This document shows positions 8,828-19,294 of a stretch of 64,000 nucleotides of DNA, piece by piece. Within the stretch, counting starts at the first letter, position 1; every line of letters begins with the position of its first letter. The stretch lies in the NCBI GenBank assembly GCA_965203805.1, contig OZ241917.1, positions 4,384,001 to 4,448,000 on the forward strand, given 5' to 3'. The position numbers and the translations under genes are program-made. The stretch is from Candidatus Latescibacterota bacterium (lineage in GTDB: Bacteria > Latescibacterota > UBA2968 > GCA-2709665). The notes under the pieces are model-generated. The model worked only from the letters and a program-made list of their open reading frames with translations. It was not told where the DNA came from and did not search any database.

Positions 8828-11281
8828 TTATTCGCATTTCAAAGAAGCGACCGGATTCGCAGAGGCTGCCTTCATCGCGTGATAACCTACCGTTGCGGTT
8901 GCTATGAGCAACACAGCACTGCCACCCCATACGAACGGCTCCGGACCGAGATGGACGCGATAGGCGAATCGCTGCAGCCAATTCGACGCGAGATAATATG
9001 CAAGCGGCCATGCGATCGCATTGGCAATGACCACCCATTTCAGAGATGCCTTTGCGAGCAACACGACGATAGACGCAGCAGATGCTCCCGAAACCTTTCT
9101 GATACCGATTTCTCTCGTCCGTTGCTCGGCAGTAAACGAGGCAAGGCCCAGCAGCCCCAGACAGGCGACGAAGATCGCGAGAGATGCTCCGATTGCAAAC
9201 ATCTGTCCATGCCGGATTTCTCTTCGATACAGTGAATCGATCCGTTCATCGAGGAAGTGATAATTGAAAGGTCGATCTGGCACGAATCGCTTCCAGGTTG
9301 CCTTGATAAAGTTCATCGTTTCGGGTAGCTCTTCCGTTCGAACCTTCAATGACAGAAACCTCAATCTGACTGGGGACACCGTTAAGACAACCGGCTCTAT
9401 CCGGCGCCGCAAATCCAGATGAAAGTCTTCGATCACGCCAATGACCCGTCCTTGCGACAAATGTCCCTTTCCCCTCAATGACTTGCCTACCGGATCTTCC
9501 CATCCCAAGCGCCTGGCTGTCGTTTCCGTGATGATATAGCTGATCTCAGAGTTTCCACGCCAGCTTTTTGCGTCTTTATCTGAAAACGACCTGCCCGCGA
9601 CAAGCCTTAAATCGAAAAATCCTATGAAATCTACGTCTACATCAAACATTCGAACTTCAATCTCTCTGTCGTTTTCTGTCTTCAGAGTCGGCGCATAACT
9701 TCCGCTTCGAAGCCCGCCGGGGATTCCGCGCGAGGCTGTCGCCATTAAGACATTGGGATGTTTAAGAAATTCCTGCTTTACGATATCGTGATTTTTCGAT
9801 AGGGCGCTCTTTTCCGCGATCATCAGCTGAGTATTATCGAAAATAGGCATGACCAACACATGTTCCTCATCGAATCCCAGGTCTTTATTGTCAATGAATT
9901 CCAATTGTCGATACGCGACGAACGTGCAGATGATCAATAACGTGGCGATTGAGAACTGCGAAACAACGAGCGATCGTCTGCACCAGACGGCACCCAAACC
10001 GGTCTTCGAAACTCCTCGTAAAGCGGCCGCCGGATGAAAGCCCGACATAAAAAAAGCAGGATAGCTGCCCGACAGTAATCCTGCAAAGAGGGTAATTCCA
10101 ATCAGCCAGGCTGGCACCGTCGAATTCCCGATCAGATCCAGTGACAAACCGCCGCCAACGAACATCGTAAAGTAGGGCAATGACAGCGCAGCAATTAACA
10201 GCGCGAGCAATATGGCAATGCCCGATAGAAAAACGGACTCGCCCAGCAGTTGCAAAATCAGCTGATGCCGCTTCGCCCCTACTACCTTTCGCATCCCGAT
10301 TTCTCGAATGCGATTTGTGGCGCGTGCCGTTGCGAGATTCATAAAGTTGATACATGCGATGACCAGAACAAAGGCCCCGATCGCAATCAATAGATATAGA
10401 CCCTGGATATCGCCCCTTCCGCCTTGATGGTATCCAAAATCAACACCTGAATAGAGGTGAATCCGTGTCAGCGGTTGAAGATGATAGAGATTCCTGGTGC
10501 CCTTATGTTCGCCCCTGTCGTCACCCAGATATCTGGCGAGTGCATCGGGCAGTTTACGCTCAATTTCCGATGCGGAGAATCCTTCCGCAAGCCGCACATA
10601 CGTGTGTGCGGGGGTCGTGATTCCGGATTTCTTCCAGACGTCCCAGAGTTGCTCCCTGCGAATGTAACCTGTTGGAGTCGCCGTAATGAAGTCAAATCTG
10701 AAATGAGAATTGGAGGGCATGTCTGCCAGAACGCCCGTGATTTTCAGGTCCACCCTCCCAAAGTACAGGCGTTCTGCCGTAATGGTCTTCCCAATCGGGT
10801 TCTCACGCCCGAAGTATTTCTGCGCCATTTCCTGAGTGAGCACAACGGATGACGGTTCTGAAAGAACGGATTCAGGTTCACCGGACAGGACTTCGATGCC
10901 GAAGAATTCCAGGATGTTCTCATCCGCGAGACAAAACCTCTGTCTGGATCCCGTGTCGCCGGAACTCACCCAACTGGCGACAGCCCAGAATCGCGTTGCA
11001 TCTTCCACTTCTTCGAAATCTTGGCGCAGCGCCGAGGCCAGTGCGCCTTTCTGACCTGCTGACCATTGAATGCGTCCACTCGGCCACCGCGTTTCTCTCA
11101 GAATTCTGTAGACTCGGTCCGATTGCGGTCGAAACCCATCAAAGCTCAATTCAGATTGCACATAGAGTGCGATCATCAGCGCAGGGGCCATGCCAAGGGC
11201 TAACCCAATAAGGATGATAAGAGTATATTTCGTGTTTCTTCCCAGGTTTCGAGTTGCAAGGATGAAATGGTTCTTGAACAT
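8828..11281 (-). CDS. MacB/FtsX-type ABC transporter permease (duplicated type)
   Basis: ACINFMNLATAR...REIGMRKVVGA and second REIGIRKVSGAS; ends ANPVASLKCE. Confidence 0.92.
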   Translation of the reverse strand: MFKNHFILATRNLGRNTKYTLIILIGLALGMAPALMIALYVQSELSFDGFRPQSDRVYRILRETRWPSGRIQWSAGQKGALASALRQDFEEVEDATRFWAVASWVSSGDTGSRQRFCLADENILEFFGIEVLSGEPESVLSEPSSVVLTQEMAQKYFGRENPIGKTITAERLYFGRVDLKITGVLADMPSNSHFRFDFITATPTGYIRREQLWDVWKKSGITTPAHTYVRLAEGFSASEIERKLPDALARYLGDDRGEHKGTRNLYHLQPLTRIHLYSGVDFGYHQGGRGDIQGLYLLIAIGAFVLVIACINFMNLATARATNRIREIGMRKVVGAKRHQLILQLLGESVFLSGIAILLALLIAALSLPYFTMFVGGGLSLDLIGNSTVPAWLIGITLFAGLLSGSYPAFFMSGFHPAAALRGVSKTGLGAVWCRRSLVVSQFSIATLLIICTFVAYRQLEFIDNKDLGFDEEHVLVMPIFDNTQLMIAEKSALSKNHDIVKQEFLKHPNVLMATASRGIPGGLRSGSYAPTLKTENDREIEVRMFDVDVDFIGFFDLRLVAGRSFSDKDAKSWRGNSEISYIITETTARRLGWEDPVGKSLRGKGHLSQGRVIGVIEDFHLDLRRRIEPVVLTVSPVRLRFLSLKVRTEELPETMNFIKATWKRFVPDRPFNYHFLDERIDSLYRREIRHGQMFAIGASLAIFVACLGLLGLASFTAEQRTREIGIRKVSGASAASIVVLLAKASLKWVVIANAIAWPLAYYLASNWLQRFAYRVHLGPEPFVWGGSAVLLIATATVGYHAMKAASANPVASLKCE

Positions 11282-11326
11282 ATCGTCCTGTCAGCAATCC
11301 TGCAGGCCTGTGCGGTGTTCAGGCCA

Positions 11327-12124
11327 TCAAAGCCTGATACATGCATCTATTGCCAACCGAAAAAGCGCCTCTCTGGCAGAGTTCTCTCTACCCATTTCTC
11401 TGGGATCCCATTCCGTGCTGCTGACGTCGTCCGATCCGTACAATACCTGCGCCAACTGTACGCCGCGGAAACGGGCGACCGCAAAGAACGCTGCCGCCTC
11501 CATTTCAACCGTGATACACCCTTCGCTGCGTCGTTTCGCGACCTTTGACCGGGTCTCCCGATAGAATGCGTCCGTTGTCCACGTCTTGCCTTCCACGTAG
11601 CAGCATCCGTGTTTATCGAGGGACACCCTGATCGCTTCGAGGGCCTCCGGCGTCGGTTTGACGTCACGGGCCGGCGGCAGGTAGTGGTAGGATGTACCTT
11701 CGTCCCGCAAGGCGGACGTCGGGACAACGATATGTCCGCTCGCTATCGACTGATCCAGGACTCCGGCGCTTCCGCACACGATAAATTTTCGGCCGCCGCG
11801 AGCGATGATTTCCTCTAGGCATCCCGCGGCGAGCGGGGCGCCGACCGCACCGGCGAGAATTGCCAGACTCTGCTCGTCATGTGCGCCTGAATAGACGGGA
11901 ATCTCGCCCATGACACACTTGACCGGGCGCAATGGCCGAAGATCCAGTCGTTGCCTCGCATGTTCGATTGTCTTTGGAAAGTAACAGACGACGCAGTGCT
12001 CGGGAACGTCTCGATGTTTGATTGCTTTCGACGGCTCGATGACGGCTTCCCGTTCCTCGTCGAACTCAAGAATCGGAAACGAAGTCGGCATAACTGGTGC
12101 GGTCCCGTTGATTTCTGAGTGCAT
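11327..12124 (-). CDS. Nucleoside phosphorylase (PNP/UDP family)
   Basis: ALRDEGTSYHY, TWTTDAFYRET, VEMEAAA. Confidence 0.9.
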   Translation of the reverse strand: MHSEINGTAPVMPTSFPILEFDEEREAVIEPSKAIKHRDVPEHCVVCYFPKTIEHARQRLDLRPLRPVKCVMGEIPVYSGAHDEQSLAILAGAVGAPLAAGCLEEIIARGGRKFIVCGSAGVLDQSIASGHIVVPTSALRDEGTSYHYLPPARDVKPTPEALEAIRVSLDKHGCCYVEGKTWTTDAFYRETRSKVAKRRSEGCITVEMEAAAFFAVARFRGVQLAQVLYGSDDVSSTEWDPREMGRENSAREALFRLAIDACIRL

Positions 12125-12254
12125 TGAATTCTTGCGTCAACTCCACTGTATGGGCGCTCACGTTATCCGCCGCTGCGTTGGCGGATGGGGGGAATGTCAA
12201 TGCCGCTCCGGCGTCATGACGCACTGCCGACGAGCGAAAGCCGGTCCGAAGGAG

Positions 12255-12908
12255 TCAGTTATAATGCCGGATTTTTGGATCCCTGAATCGAGCAACCGCA
12301 CGGCGCCCCCAGGTGCCCAGCGCAACCGCTCCGTTCGGATTCGTTGCGAGCGTCAACCGGTTGACGAGTTCGCCGTTTATGTAGGTGGTTACGGAGCGAC
12401 CCCGAACCGCCAGGACAAGATCGTATTCCCGTCCGAGCTCAAGAACCAGGTTGACGACGTCGAGTTTCGTGACGCCGCGTCTGCCGCGCTCGTAGGTGCT
12501 GATCGCCAGCGCCTTCCAGCCACCGAGGTAATCGACCATATACTCGCGTCGCTCGTCGGTTATGCCGAAGCGGACCTGCACGTTAGCGCCCCTTACCCGC
12601 GTAACCTGGACCTTGAACTCATAGTGTGACCATGTACTGTCTCCCTTGACGAGCCTTGTGGCGCCACCGCGCATGCCCGCATTTGCGATTACAGTGTCAC
12701 CTTCCCGGGACCACACCTTTTCGTCTCCCGGCCTCCAGCCCTCCAGTCCGTCTCCCGTCAGCATCGACTCCCACTTGATTCTGCCCGTCATGCCGCCTAT
12801 TCGCCCGCGGCCGTAATCGTCCTCCGATCCGGACTGATCATCTGCGGCTGCCGGTGACATCATCGATAGAAGGAAGAAAGTCAGAATGAAACCTGCGGAC
12901 ATTGTCAT
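12255..12908 (-). CDS. DUF1080 (3-keto-disaccharide hydrolase-like) exported protein
   Basis: Signal peptide; GDGLEGW, TTYINGELV, ARFRDPKIR. Confidence 0.75.
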   Translation of the reverse strand: MTMSAGFILTFFLLSMMSPAAADDQSGSEDDYGRGRIGGMTGRIKWESMLTGDGLEGWRPGDEKVWSREGDTVIANAGMRGGATRLVKGDSTWSHYEFKVQVTRVRGANVQVRFGITDERREYMVDYLGGWKALAISTYERGRRGVTKLDVVNLVLELGREYDLVLAVRGRSVTTYINGELVNRLTLATNPNGAVALGTWGRRAVARFRDPKIRHYN

Positions 12909-13051
12909 CGATTAACCTCCAGGTTAATACTGGCTCGGCGCCGGCACGGAACACGTCCCGATGTTCCGGCCGAAACGGCAGGTTCCGAACCCGCCCCCGC
13001 ATTCCCGTTACCTCGGACTTCGTGCAAATGGGCCCGGCAGTGTTTTCTTTT

Positions 13052-14089
13052 TCAGAGGTCCTCCATCCATTCGAGGACGAACGGTTCGCCTTCAAGATAT
13101 TTCCGGCAGGCGCCTTCGACGAAACGAGGCAGCGTCGGGAATTTCTCGCCGGGATCCTCCGTTCGCCAGGACAGGAGTCGAATACAGGACTCGATAAAGA
13201 AACTCTCGATGATTCGCAAATGGTTATCAGGCAACGGGCATTGTTGTTCGTACCCGTCGAGAAAAGCCCGGCACAGCGTCGGACTCATCGGATTTACGGC
13301 GAAGCACCACCCCACGTCGGCCGGAAAGTACCCGAATCGACACCAGTCAAAATCAATGGGACGGACCTCGTCCCGGTGTACGATGCAGTTGCCGCAGGAA
13401 AAATCTCCGTGAAGCAATCCCCGGAATTCCGGCGACTTATCCATTTCCTCCACGCGGCCGATCGTGTGGGATACAGCTCGTTCCAGAATCGAGAAATCAC
13501 GACCGCCGATGCGACCGTCGTCTGCGGCGGGACGCAAGCGTTTCAGGTCGAGACGGAGGCGTTCGGGTTCGATCCCCGGACGAACGAAGCCTTCAGGAGG
13601 AGTCCACTGACTGCTGTGCCGGTGGAGTTTGCCCAGGACCGTTCCCACGTTGTGAAGTGTTCCCGACGAAAGGTCAACGAATACCTCATCCCCGTAGTTG
13701 TCCCAGAGCAGATCGCCCTCGACCCAGCGGAGAAGGGTGACGAGAAAGGGGCGATCGCCATTGGACTCGACGTTGGTGATGAAGTCGCCTGATAGATTGC
13801 GGACCGGTCTCTGTACGATCAGATCGGTGTCGCGGTCCAGCGCGTCGAGCCAGAGAAGGTGGGATCGGATGGTTGATCGATAATCATGGATGTTTCCGTC
13901 GCCGCTGGCATAATATAGGGTGATCAGAAGACTGCCCGATGCGGTATCTGCACGGAACTTGACCATGCTGTAGCCTGAAAAACCGATATGGCCCACGGGC
14001 TTGCGCGCGTCGATGCGGGCTTCCCCTGTATCGTAATTCTCCAGGGCTCGATCGGCGGCGTGCAGGTAATGCTGAAGATGCTCGCTCAT
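13052..14089 (-). CDS. APH-family phosphotransferase
   Basis: LLHGDFSCGN, IDFDWC; the ORF-track extension to 14266 is translated repeat DNA. Confidence 0.85.
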   Translation of the reverse strand: MSEHLQHYLHAADRALENYDTGEARIDARKPVGHIGFSGYSMVKFRADTASGSLLITLYYASGDGNIHDYRSTIRSHLLWLDALDRDTDLIVQRPVRNLSGDFITNVESNGDRPFLVTLLRWVEGDLLWDNYGDEVFVDLSSGTLHNVGTVLGKLHRHSSQWTPPEGFVRPGIEPERLRLDLKRLRPAADDGRIGGRDFSILERAVSHTIGRVEEMDKSPEFRGLLHGDFSCGNCIVHRDEVRPIDFDWCRFGYFPADVGWCFAVNPMSPTLCRAFLDGYEQQCPLPDNHLRIIESFFIESCIRLLSWRTEDPGEKFPTLPRFVEGACRKYLEGEPFVLEWMEDL

Positions 14090-14115
14090 AGGCTCGGAAA
14101 CTCGATTGACGCTCG

Positions 14116-14269
14116 AATTACTCACCCCTTGAGGGGGAGTCGCCTGCCTGCGCCAAGCGGAGCGCGGCAGGCAGGCAGAATCCGAGCCGATCCCTGAGCT
14201 GCGCTGCCCTGAGCCTGTCGAAGGGTCGAAGGGCCGGGGACGGCTGATGCGGTGGGGGGATTTCAACGC
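14116..14269. repeat. Composite nested REP-like element
   Basis: Contains CCCTGAGCCTGTCGAAGGG and a 33-nt CTGCCTGC..GCAGGCAGGC hairpin; simpler copy at 31936-32012. Confidence 0.7.
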
Positions 14270-14339
14270 AATTCGATAGCTGGAAGTATGAAGAACATGA
14301 ACGCATCTTACGCGGAAGTCTGACTATGAGACCGTAACT

Positions 14340-15014
14340 CTATTGCTTGCGTCCCACCAGGATCGTGTTTGGCGGGTCCCGCCAGACGCATTCGGCGTCA
14401 AATCCGGCTTCGCGCATAGCGGCGAGTTCGTCGTCGACGGGGAAGTAGGTGTCTTCGGAGGACCACTCATCGAAGTGCTTGTGGGCGCGCTGTACGTCAA
14501 TGCCGCGCGAAACCAGGTGGGCGGTCCAGACGCGGTAGGTCTGCCCGCGTTCCCCCGGGTCGGCGCTCATCGTCACGTCGCCGTTCACAAATAGACCGCC
14601 GGGGCGGAGCGCCCGGTAGATGTGCTCGTACAGGTCGCGCTTGTTGTCCATCGCGGGAATGTGGTGCAGGGCCAGGGAAGCGGCCACGGCGTCGCATGGG
14701 GGGAGCGGCGCGTCGAACGAACATTCGCGGAAACGCGCGCGGTTCCCGAAACGCTTGAGCCGGGTGTGCGCCCGTTCCAGCATCTCTGGATCCACGTCGA
14801 TGGCTTCAACGATTTCCACGTCGTCGTGTTCGAGAAGCACCTCGGACAGCGCGCCCGTCCCCGCGCCCAGGTCCAGCGCCAGGGCGGGGCGGATGGCAGC
14901 GATTTTACGCGCAATCCTCTTCAGTCCTTCTTCGTAGCCCGGGATGAACCGCCGGATCGTCTCGTCGTAGGCATCGATCTCGAGTCGAAGATGATTTCGG
15001 ACGGAGTGACTCAT
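14340..15014 (-). CDS. Class I SAM-dependent methyltransferase (CmoA-like fold)
   Basis: LDLGAGTG, SLALHH, LRPGGLFVNGD. Confidence 0.9.
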   Translation of the reverse strand: MSHSVRNHLRLEIDAYDETIRRFIPGYEEGLKRIARKIAAIRPALALDLGAGTGALSEVLLEHDDVEIVEAIDVDPEMLERAHTRLKRFGNRARFRECSFDAPLPPCDAVAASLALHHIPAMDNKRDLYEHIYRALRPGGLFVNGDVTMSADPGERGQTYRVWTAHLVSRGIDVQRAHKHFDEWSSEDTYFPVDDELAAMREAGFDAECVWRDPPNTILVGRKQ

Positions 15015-15033
15015 TTTCGGATATTGACCCGTT

Positions 15034-16227
15034 TCAGTCCTTGTACGGATCGAACACGTCAGCGCCGGCCATAGCTACTCCCAACGGCGTTAACGTGTGC
15101 ATCACGTCAATACAACCCTCGTGGTTCTCGATCACATCGTCAATGCGGCGATAGCAGTGCGGGCTTTCGTCCGTTCCGCCACCCCTCAACTGAACGCCCA
15201 TAGGACGTATCCACTCGTGCATCATATCCATCGAAATCTCACCCGGCTTTTTCAGAATACGGCGCCCGCGCTTACGCCGCCACTTGCCCGCCGCCCGCGT
15301 GCGGCTCATCACACGCCCCGCCCCGTGGATCGTCGAATACAACGCCTGCTTGTTCTCGTCAGTATCCTTGCCGCGAACGATGTAGCTTTTGTCTCCCATC
15401 GAACCTCCAACGAAAGACCTCTGACCGGGGAAGGAAGGCGTGGAACCCTTGCGGACGACGTGATAGGTCTGGCCGTTGTGTTCCTCTTCCCACGAAAAGT
15501 TGTGGTGATTATTAACAACATCTTCCACCCCGCCGCCGATAATGTGGGCCACCTTGCCACAAACCCACTTGCGACCCTTCTCCGCCAGAAGACCGGCCAG
15601 TTCCATGCACGCCCTGTACTCCCGGCCCAGGTCCGAGTCAACATCCAATAACGCGGGAGCCACGTGCATACCGTCCTCACCGCCTGCCGCCTTGATGTAA
15701 TGCGTGGCGATCTTGTGGCCGAAGCCCCGCGAACCGAAGTGGACGCCTACCCACACGCGCCCTTCCTCATCTTCAAAAACGTCCACGTAATGATTGCCGG
15801 AACCTACTGTGCCAAGTTGGCCCTCCGCCAGTCGCTTCAGGGTCTTCGCCGGCGCGATGTCCCACGCCGGATGGCCGCCATGCTCGAAGATTGGATCGTC
15901 GACCGTCTCTTTGTTCTTCATACCGATCCCGAACGAGATTTCGTCAAATATCGTATCCATGATCGCGGCAATGTTCGCCTTCACGTTGCCGAGCGGAGAA
16001 TCGAGGCGTACGGCCGTGTTGCCGCATCCGATGTCGAAGCCCACACCCGATGGAGAAACCTTGTCTGGATACGCTACAACGCCTCCGATGGGCATCGAGT
16101 ATCCCACGTGATGATCTGCCATAAGGGCAGCGACAGAACCCGTCGTCCGACAGCGGGTGATCTGCTCTACAGCCTCCGGCGTGGGAGGCCCGAACACCAG
16201 AACATCATCGACAATCTGCGCCATCAC
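15034..16227 (-). CDS. rtcB: RtcB family RNA 3'-phosphate/5'-OH ligase
   Basis: ADHHVGY, VGFDIGCG, GTVGSGNHY, HFGSRGFG, NHHN, RKGSTP, HGAGRVMSR, DESPHCY. Confidence 0.95.
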   Translation of the reverse strand: MMAQIVDDVLVFGPPTPEAVEQITRCRTTGSVAALMADHHVGYSMPIGGVVAYPDKVSPSGVGFDIGCGNTAVRLDSPLGNVKANIAAIMDTIFDEISFGIGMKNKETVDDPIFEHGGHPAWDIAPAKTLKRLAEGQLGTVGSGNHYVDVFEDEEGRVWVGVHFGSRGFGHKIATHYIKAAGGEDGMHVAPALLDVDSDLGREYRACMELAGLLAEKGRKWVCGKVAHIIGGGVEDVVNNHHNFSWEEEHNGQTYHVVRKGSTPSFPGQRSFVGGSMGDKSYIVRGKDTDENKQALYSTIHGAGRVMSRTRAAGKWRRKRGRRILKKPGEISMDMMHEWIRPMGVQLRGGGTDESPHCYRRIDDVIENHEGCIDVMHTLTPLGVAMAGADVFDPYKD

Positions 16228-16299
16228 GATACCTCGTATTCTTCATGAAATTTGTCATCATCCAACACTACTTACAAAACGCAATCGCCCCCGAAAAAT

Positions 16300-16484
16300 T
16301 CCAACCGATGGCCCCGCAAATCCATACCCACTCTCCGGTTCGAGCTCATCAACCGAGCCGGACACCTCGTGCGACCCGAAGGGCGTCTTACCCTGCGCCT
16401 CCAACGCAACAAACACACCGAAAAACAATACCGAAAAATCTGCAACGCACTACAGAAAGCCGCCCGAATAATCTCACATTGAGG
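16300..16484 (+). mobile_element. C-terminal remnant of an IS1380-family transposase with possible right end
   Basis: SIPTLRFELINRAGHLVRPEGRLTLRL resembles IS1380 C-termini as recalled; ends TCTCACATTGAGG. Confidence 0.55.
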
Positions 16485-16536
16485 TTAGAGCCGCGGCCCG
16501 GCAGGTTATCTTGAGTGCAAGCACTGGATTTTTTCG

Positions 16537-17256
16537 TCAGGAATCAACCCGATGGTAATACCAGATATTGGGCTCGTTGTAGGTGCCTTGATCTCTCTCC
16601 TGATTTATATTGATCGGAACCAAGCCCTGGGGAATACAGTAGGATCCTGTCTCCCAGAATCGCATTTCGGTCCAGCTTTCCCACTCGGATATTGACCCGT
16701 TGACCGAAACCGCTGCGTTGGCAAAACCGAGCCTCTCGCCGCCAAGCTCTTCGTGGACTCAAAGCCAGGGATCCCAAAGGCGCCCCGTCTCGTCCCGTCG
16801 ATCCGCGTAGGATTCGATGGACTCCTCCGGTTCCTCGTGCTTCAAACTTGGCCTCACTGGCGCCAGGACGCCCCGCAATCCATATTTCCTGGACAGATTG
16901 CGCATTTCTATCAATATCGTTCGGATAAGTCCCTGGCGTCGATACTCCGGTCTCACGAGAACACCAAGCGCGCAGAGTACACCGGTGGACGTCAGAGGCC
17001 AATGGGCTGAGTAGACTACCTCATCTATGGTTGACGGCGGTGGCAGGTCTGCATTCCATTCAAACGGGACCGAAAGTCCTGCGGCCACCAGACTGCATCC
17101 ATCAAGGACAAGCAACTGAAAGCTCTGAAACTCGGTATAGATCGAAGACCAGTTTCGCACATCGGCATTAAGGAGAAACCTCGGCTAGGTGGAATCGTTC
17201 AACTCCTTTAATGCGGCTCGCAACTTTGGCGATCTGTTTAGCGTTACCAGTTTCAT
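16537..17256 (-). pseudogene. GNAT-family protein with two in-frame nonsense codons
   Basis: One frame MKLVTL...DST*PRFLL...DPWL*VHEELGG...EPNIWYYH; TAG at 17185-17187, TGA at 16759-16761. Confidence 0.85.
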
Positions 17257-17305
17257 TGACGACTTTCCCGTCAAGGCCTCGACAAAGGTCTCCAGGACTT
17301 GCCTC

Positions 17306-18226
17306 TCACAGTACTTCTAGCGCTCTGTCAAGCCGCCGATGAATTTCCTCTGTTTCCACGATTTCGAGACTTTCCTCCGCCCACGAAGGAAATCGAGGCC
17401 GCCGGAAGGCTTCGATGAGAGCAAGAAGAGGTGCCATTACGTCGTCCAGGATTTTTTCCATGGGATCCGTCTCGCCGTAGGCCCTCCGGAATGCAGCCGC
17501 GGCTTCCGGGCCAAGGGAACCCGTTACGTTTCTGCAGTCGGAATACCGCAGTCCAAGCCCCATGAGGTGATAGTCAAACACGACAGCCCTGATCGGGTAC
17601 CCGTTTCTGGACAATGCCAGATTGGTCCAATGAAAATCGCTATGTGTCATGGTTTCGCCACAACAGATTGCGGCGTTTCTGATTTTGTCGATATTGTCGG
17701 CAAGAAGGGTCCACCTGGACCGGTCCGGACCCCTGATCCTCGTGGCCAATTCCAGGACCGACTTGGCGGTCAATGCGTCGTGCTCGCGCCGTAAGTATGA
17801 GGACGGTGGCTCATCCGCCGATGGTCTTGAGTCGCCTTCGTGAAGTGCTCGATACCATTCCGCTAGAGCAACGCCCACTTCAACCCTCCCGACATCCTCC
17901 TCACATGCCAGCCTGTGACATCTGCTGACTTCAAGGTCCTCCAGGAGAAGGGCATTATTCGTCGAGGCGATGACGCAAAGGGAGGGAACTCCAAGTTCCT
18001 TAAGAAGAGCGTAGTTTCGGACTTCTTGTGCTGCGTCCGGATCTCCGAATATCTTTAGTATGTATGAGGAACCCTCGATTGCGATCCGTAAAATGTGGTT
18101 GGCGTGTTTGCGCCGGATCGGCTCGACCTTTCCCAGTTGACTGATATCGAGCCCCATCTCAGCCAGGGTATTGCGCAAACTTCCGGTTGGTTGGATCACA
18201 TCGTTTCTCGCAGGGTTGAACGCCAT
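17306..18226 (-). CDS. Aminoglycoside phosphotransferase-like kinase
   Basis: LLLEDL, THSDFHWTNL, VFDY motifs. Confidence 0.82.
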   Translation of the reverse strand: MAFNPARNDVIQPTGSLRNTLAEMGLDISQLGKVEPIRRKHANHILRIAIEGSSYILKIFGDPDAAQEVRNYALLKELGVPSLCVIASTNNALLLEDLEVSRCHRLACEEDVGRVEVGVALAEWYRALHEGDSRPSADEPPSSYLRREHDALTAKSVLELATRIRGPDRSRWTLLADNIDKIRNAAICCGETMTHSDFHWTNLALSRNGYPIRAVVFDYHLMGLGLRYSDCRNVTGSLGPEAAAAFRRAYGETDPMEKILDDVMAPLLALIEAFRRPRFPSWAEESLEIVETEEIHRRLDRALEVL

Positions 18227-18406
18227 CTCCTATATTGACTCAGAATGTGAGGCACCGGCAATGTGGGTGACCTGTCCACTGGGTACGACCCAATAGAAGC
18301 AAAGCAAGTACAGTTCTGGTCGCGGGTGCATCGGGCGAAGCCCTGTCGCGATGTTGGGCCAACGGGGTCCGGCTACGAAATGGGTCAGAGACTACCAACT
18401 CCGTTT

Positions 18407-19168
18407 TCATGTGGCGCCGTTGCGTTCCCACCACCGCTTCGCCGAGGTCAGGCACGCAACCCCTTTTTCGATCAGGTCCAGGGCGGTGTCCGGCCCGGGT
18501 CGCTCTTCGCGGTAATGCGTCAGGACGGACTCATAGAACTCACGGATCTGTCGTCTGAGTCCGAAGTCCTCCGGAAGCGCATCGCAGGCCCGGTCCTTTG
18601 GCAGTTGCCAGGCCGATATCGGATCGTTCGAATGAATCGTCAGCACGTGAAAGAGGACCGGCCAGACTCTCGTGCACAGCAGCCTCACGTCCCTCTCGAG
18701 CCGTCCGTCCCCGTGATCGAGAAGACCCTTGCGCAGGAAATCCGGCGACGGTTCCAGGGCGGCCAATGCCTGTCTGGCGGACGCGGCAAGTTGCTCGGCG
18801 GTCGCTTCAGCCACCGGCAGGCGGCCGCGGACAACCCTATACGTTCCGGTGACCGGGCCGAGATTGTCATTTACAGTCTGCTGGACTGAAGTCGGGGTGC
18901 ACTGGATATACCGGAAGGGCCTGGGATCGATGTTTGCAAGATCACGGTGGATTTCCAGACCAAGGGCCAGCGGCAGGCAGCCATCCGAATCAAAGGCGTC
19001 GTCGTCCAGGAAGAGTTGAAAGTCGATATCGCTGCATCCCGGAATGAAGCCTCCCTTCACGGCGGAACCGAATACAATCAGTCCGGCGAACCATTCCCGA
19101 GTGTGGGAATAGGCGACGTCGGCCACCGCTTCCGCGATATCTCCGGCTTCCTCGACCACGAACTTCAT
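18407..19168 (-). CDS. Pol-beta-like nucleotidyltransferase domain protein
   Basis: FGSAVKGGFIPGCSDIDFQL (GS..DxD); frame stays open upstream to 19309. Confidence 0.7.
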   Translation of the reverse strand: MKFVVEEAGDIAEAVADVAYSHTREWFAGLIVFGSAVKGGFIPGCSDIDFQLFLDDDAFDSDGCLPLALGLEIHRDLANIDPRPFRYIQCTPTSVQQTVNDNLGPVTGTYRVVRGRLPVAEATAEQLAASARQALAALEPSPDFLRKGLLDHGDGRLERDVRLLCTRVWPVLFHVLTIHSNDPISAWQLPKDRACDALPEDFGLRRQIREFYESVLTHYREERPGPDTALDLIEKGVACLTSAKRWWERNGAT

Positions 19169-19294
19169 TTCAGGTAAAGGTTCCCGGTGATCTTGTCCAA
19201 GGTGGATCGTGCGCGTTGGCGTCAACTTGCCGCGCTTAATCGCTCCTGCCTGCTTGACACTGGCTGCAAGTTGCACGAAATCTCGGTCATTCAT
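19169..19294 (-). pseudogene. N-terminal fragment of a NadS/HigA-like antitoxin, in frame with the next gene
   Basis: MNDRDFVQLAASVKQAGAIKRGKLTPTR resembles recalled antitoxin N-termini; HTH absent. Confidence 0.5.

Noticed and set aside
14090-14266. N-terminal extension of the phosphotransferase
   Set aside because: It is translated REP DNA (RPFDPSTGSGQ, ACLPRSAWRRQA).
16228-16530. tRNA or Y-RNA beside rtcB (GGTTCGAG near 16337)
   Set aside because: No cloverleaf could be built; the segment reads better as a transposase tail.
16537-17256. Pyrrolysine, selenocysteine or alternative-code readthrough
   Set aside because: The stops replace expected Trp and Arg by single transitions, and TAG and TGA end many normal genes in this window.
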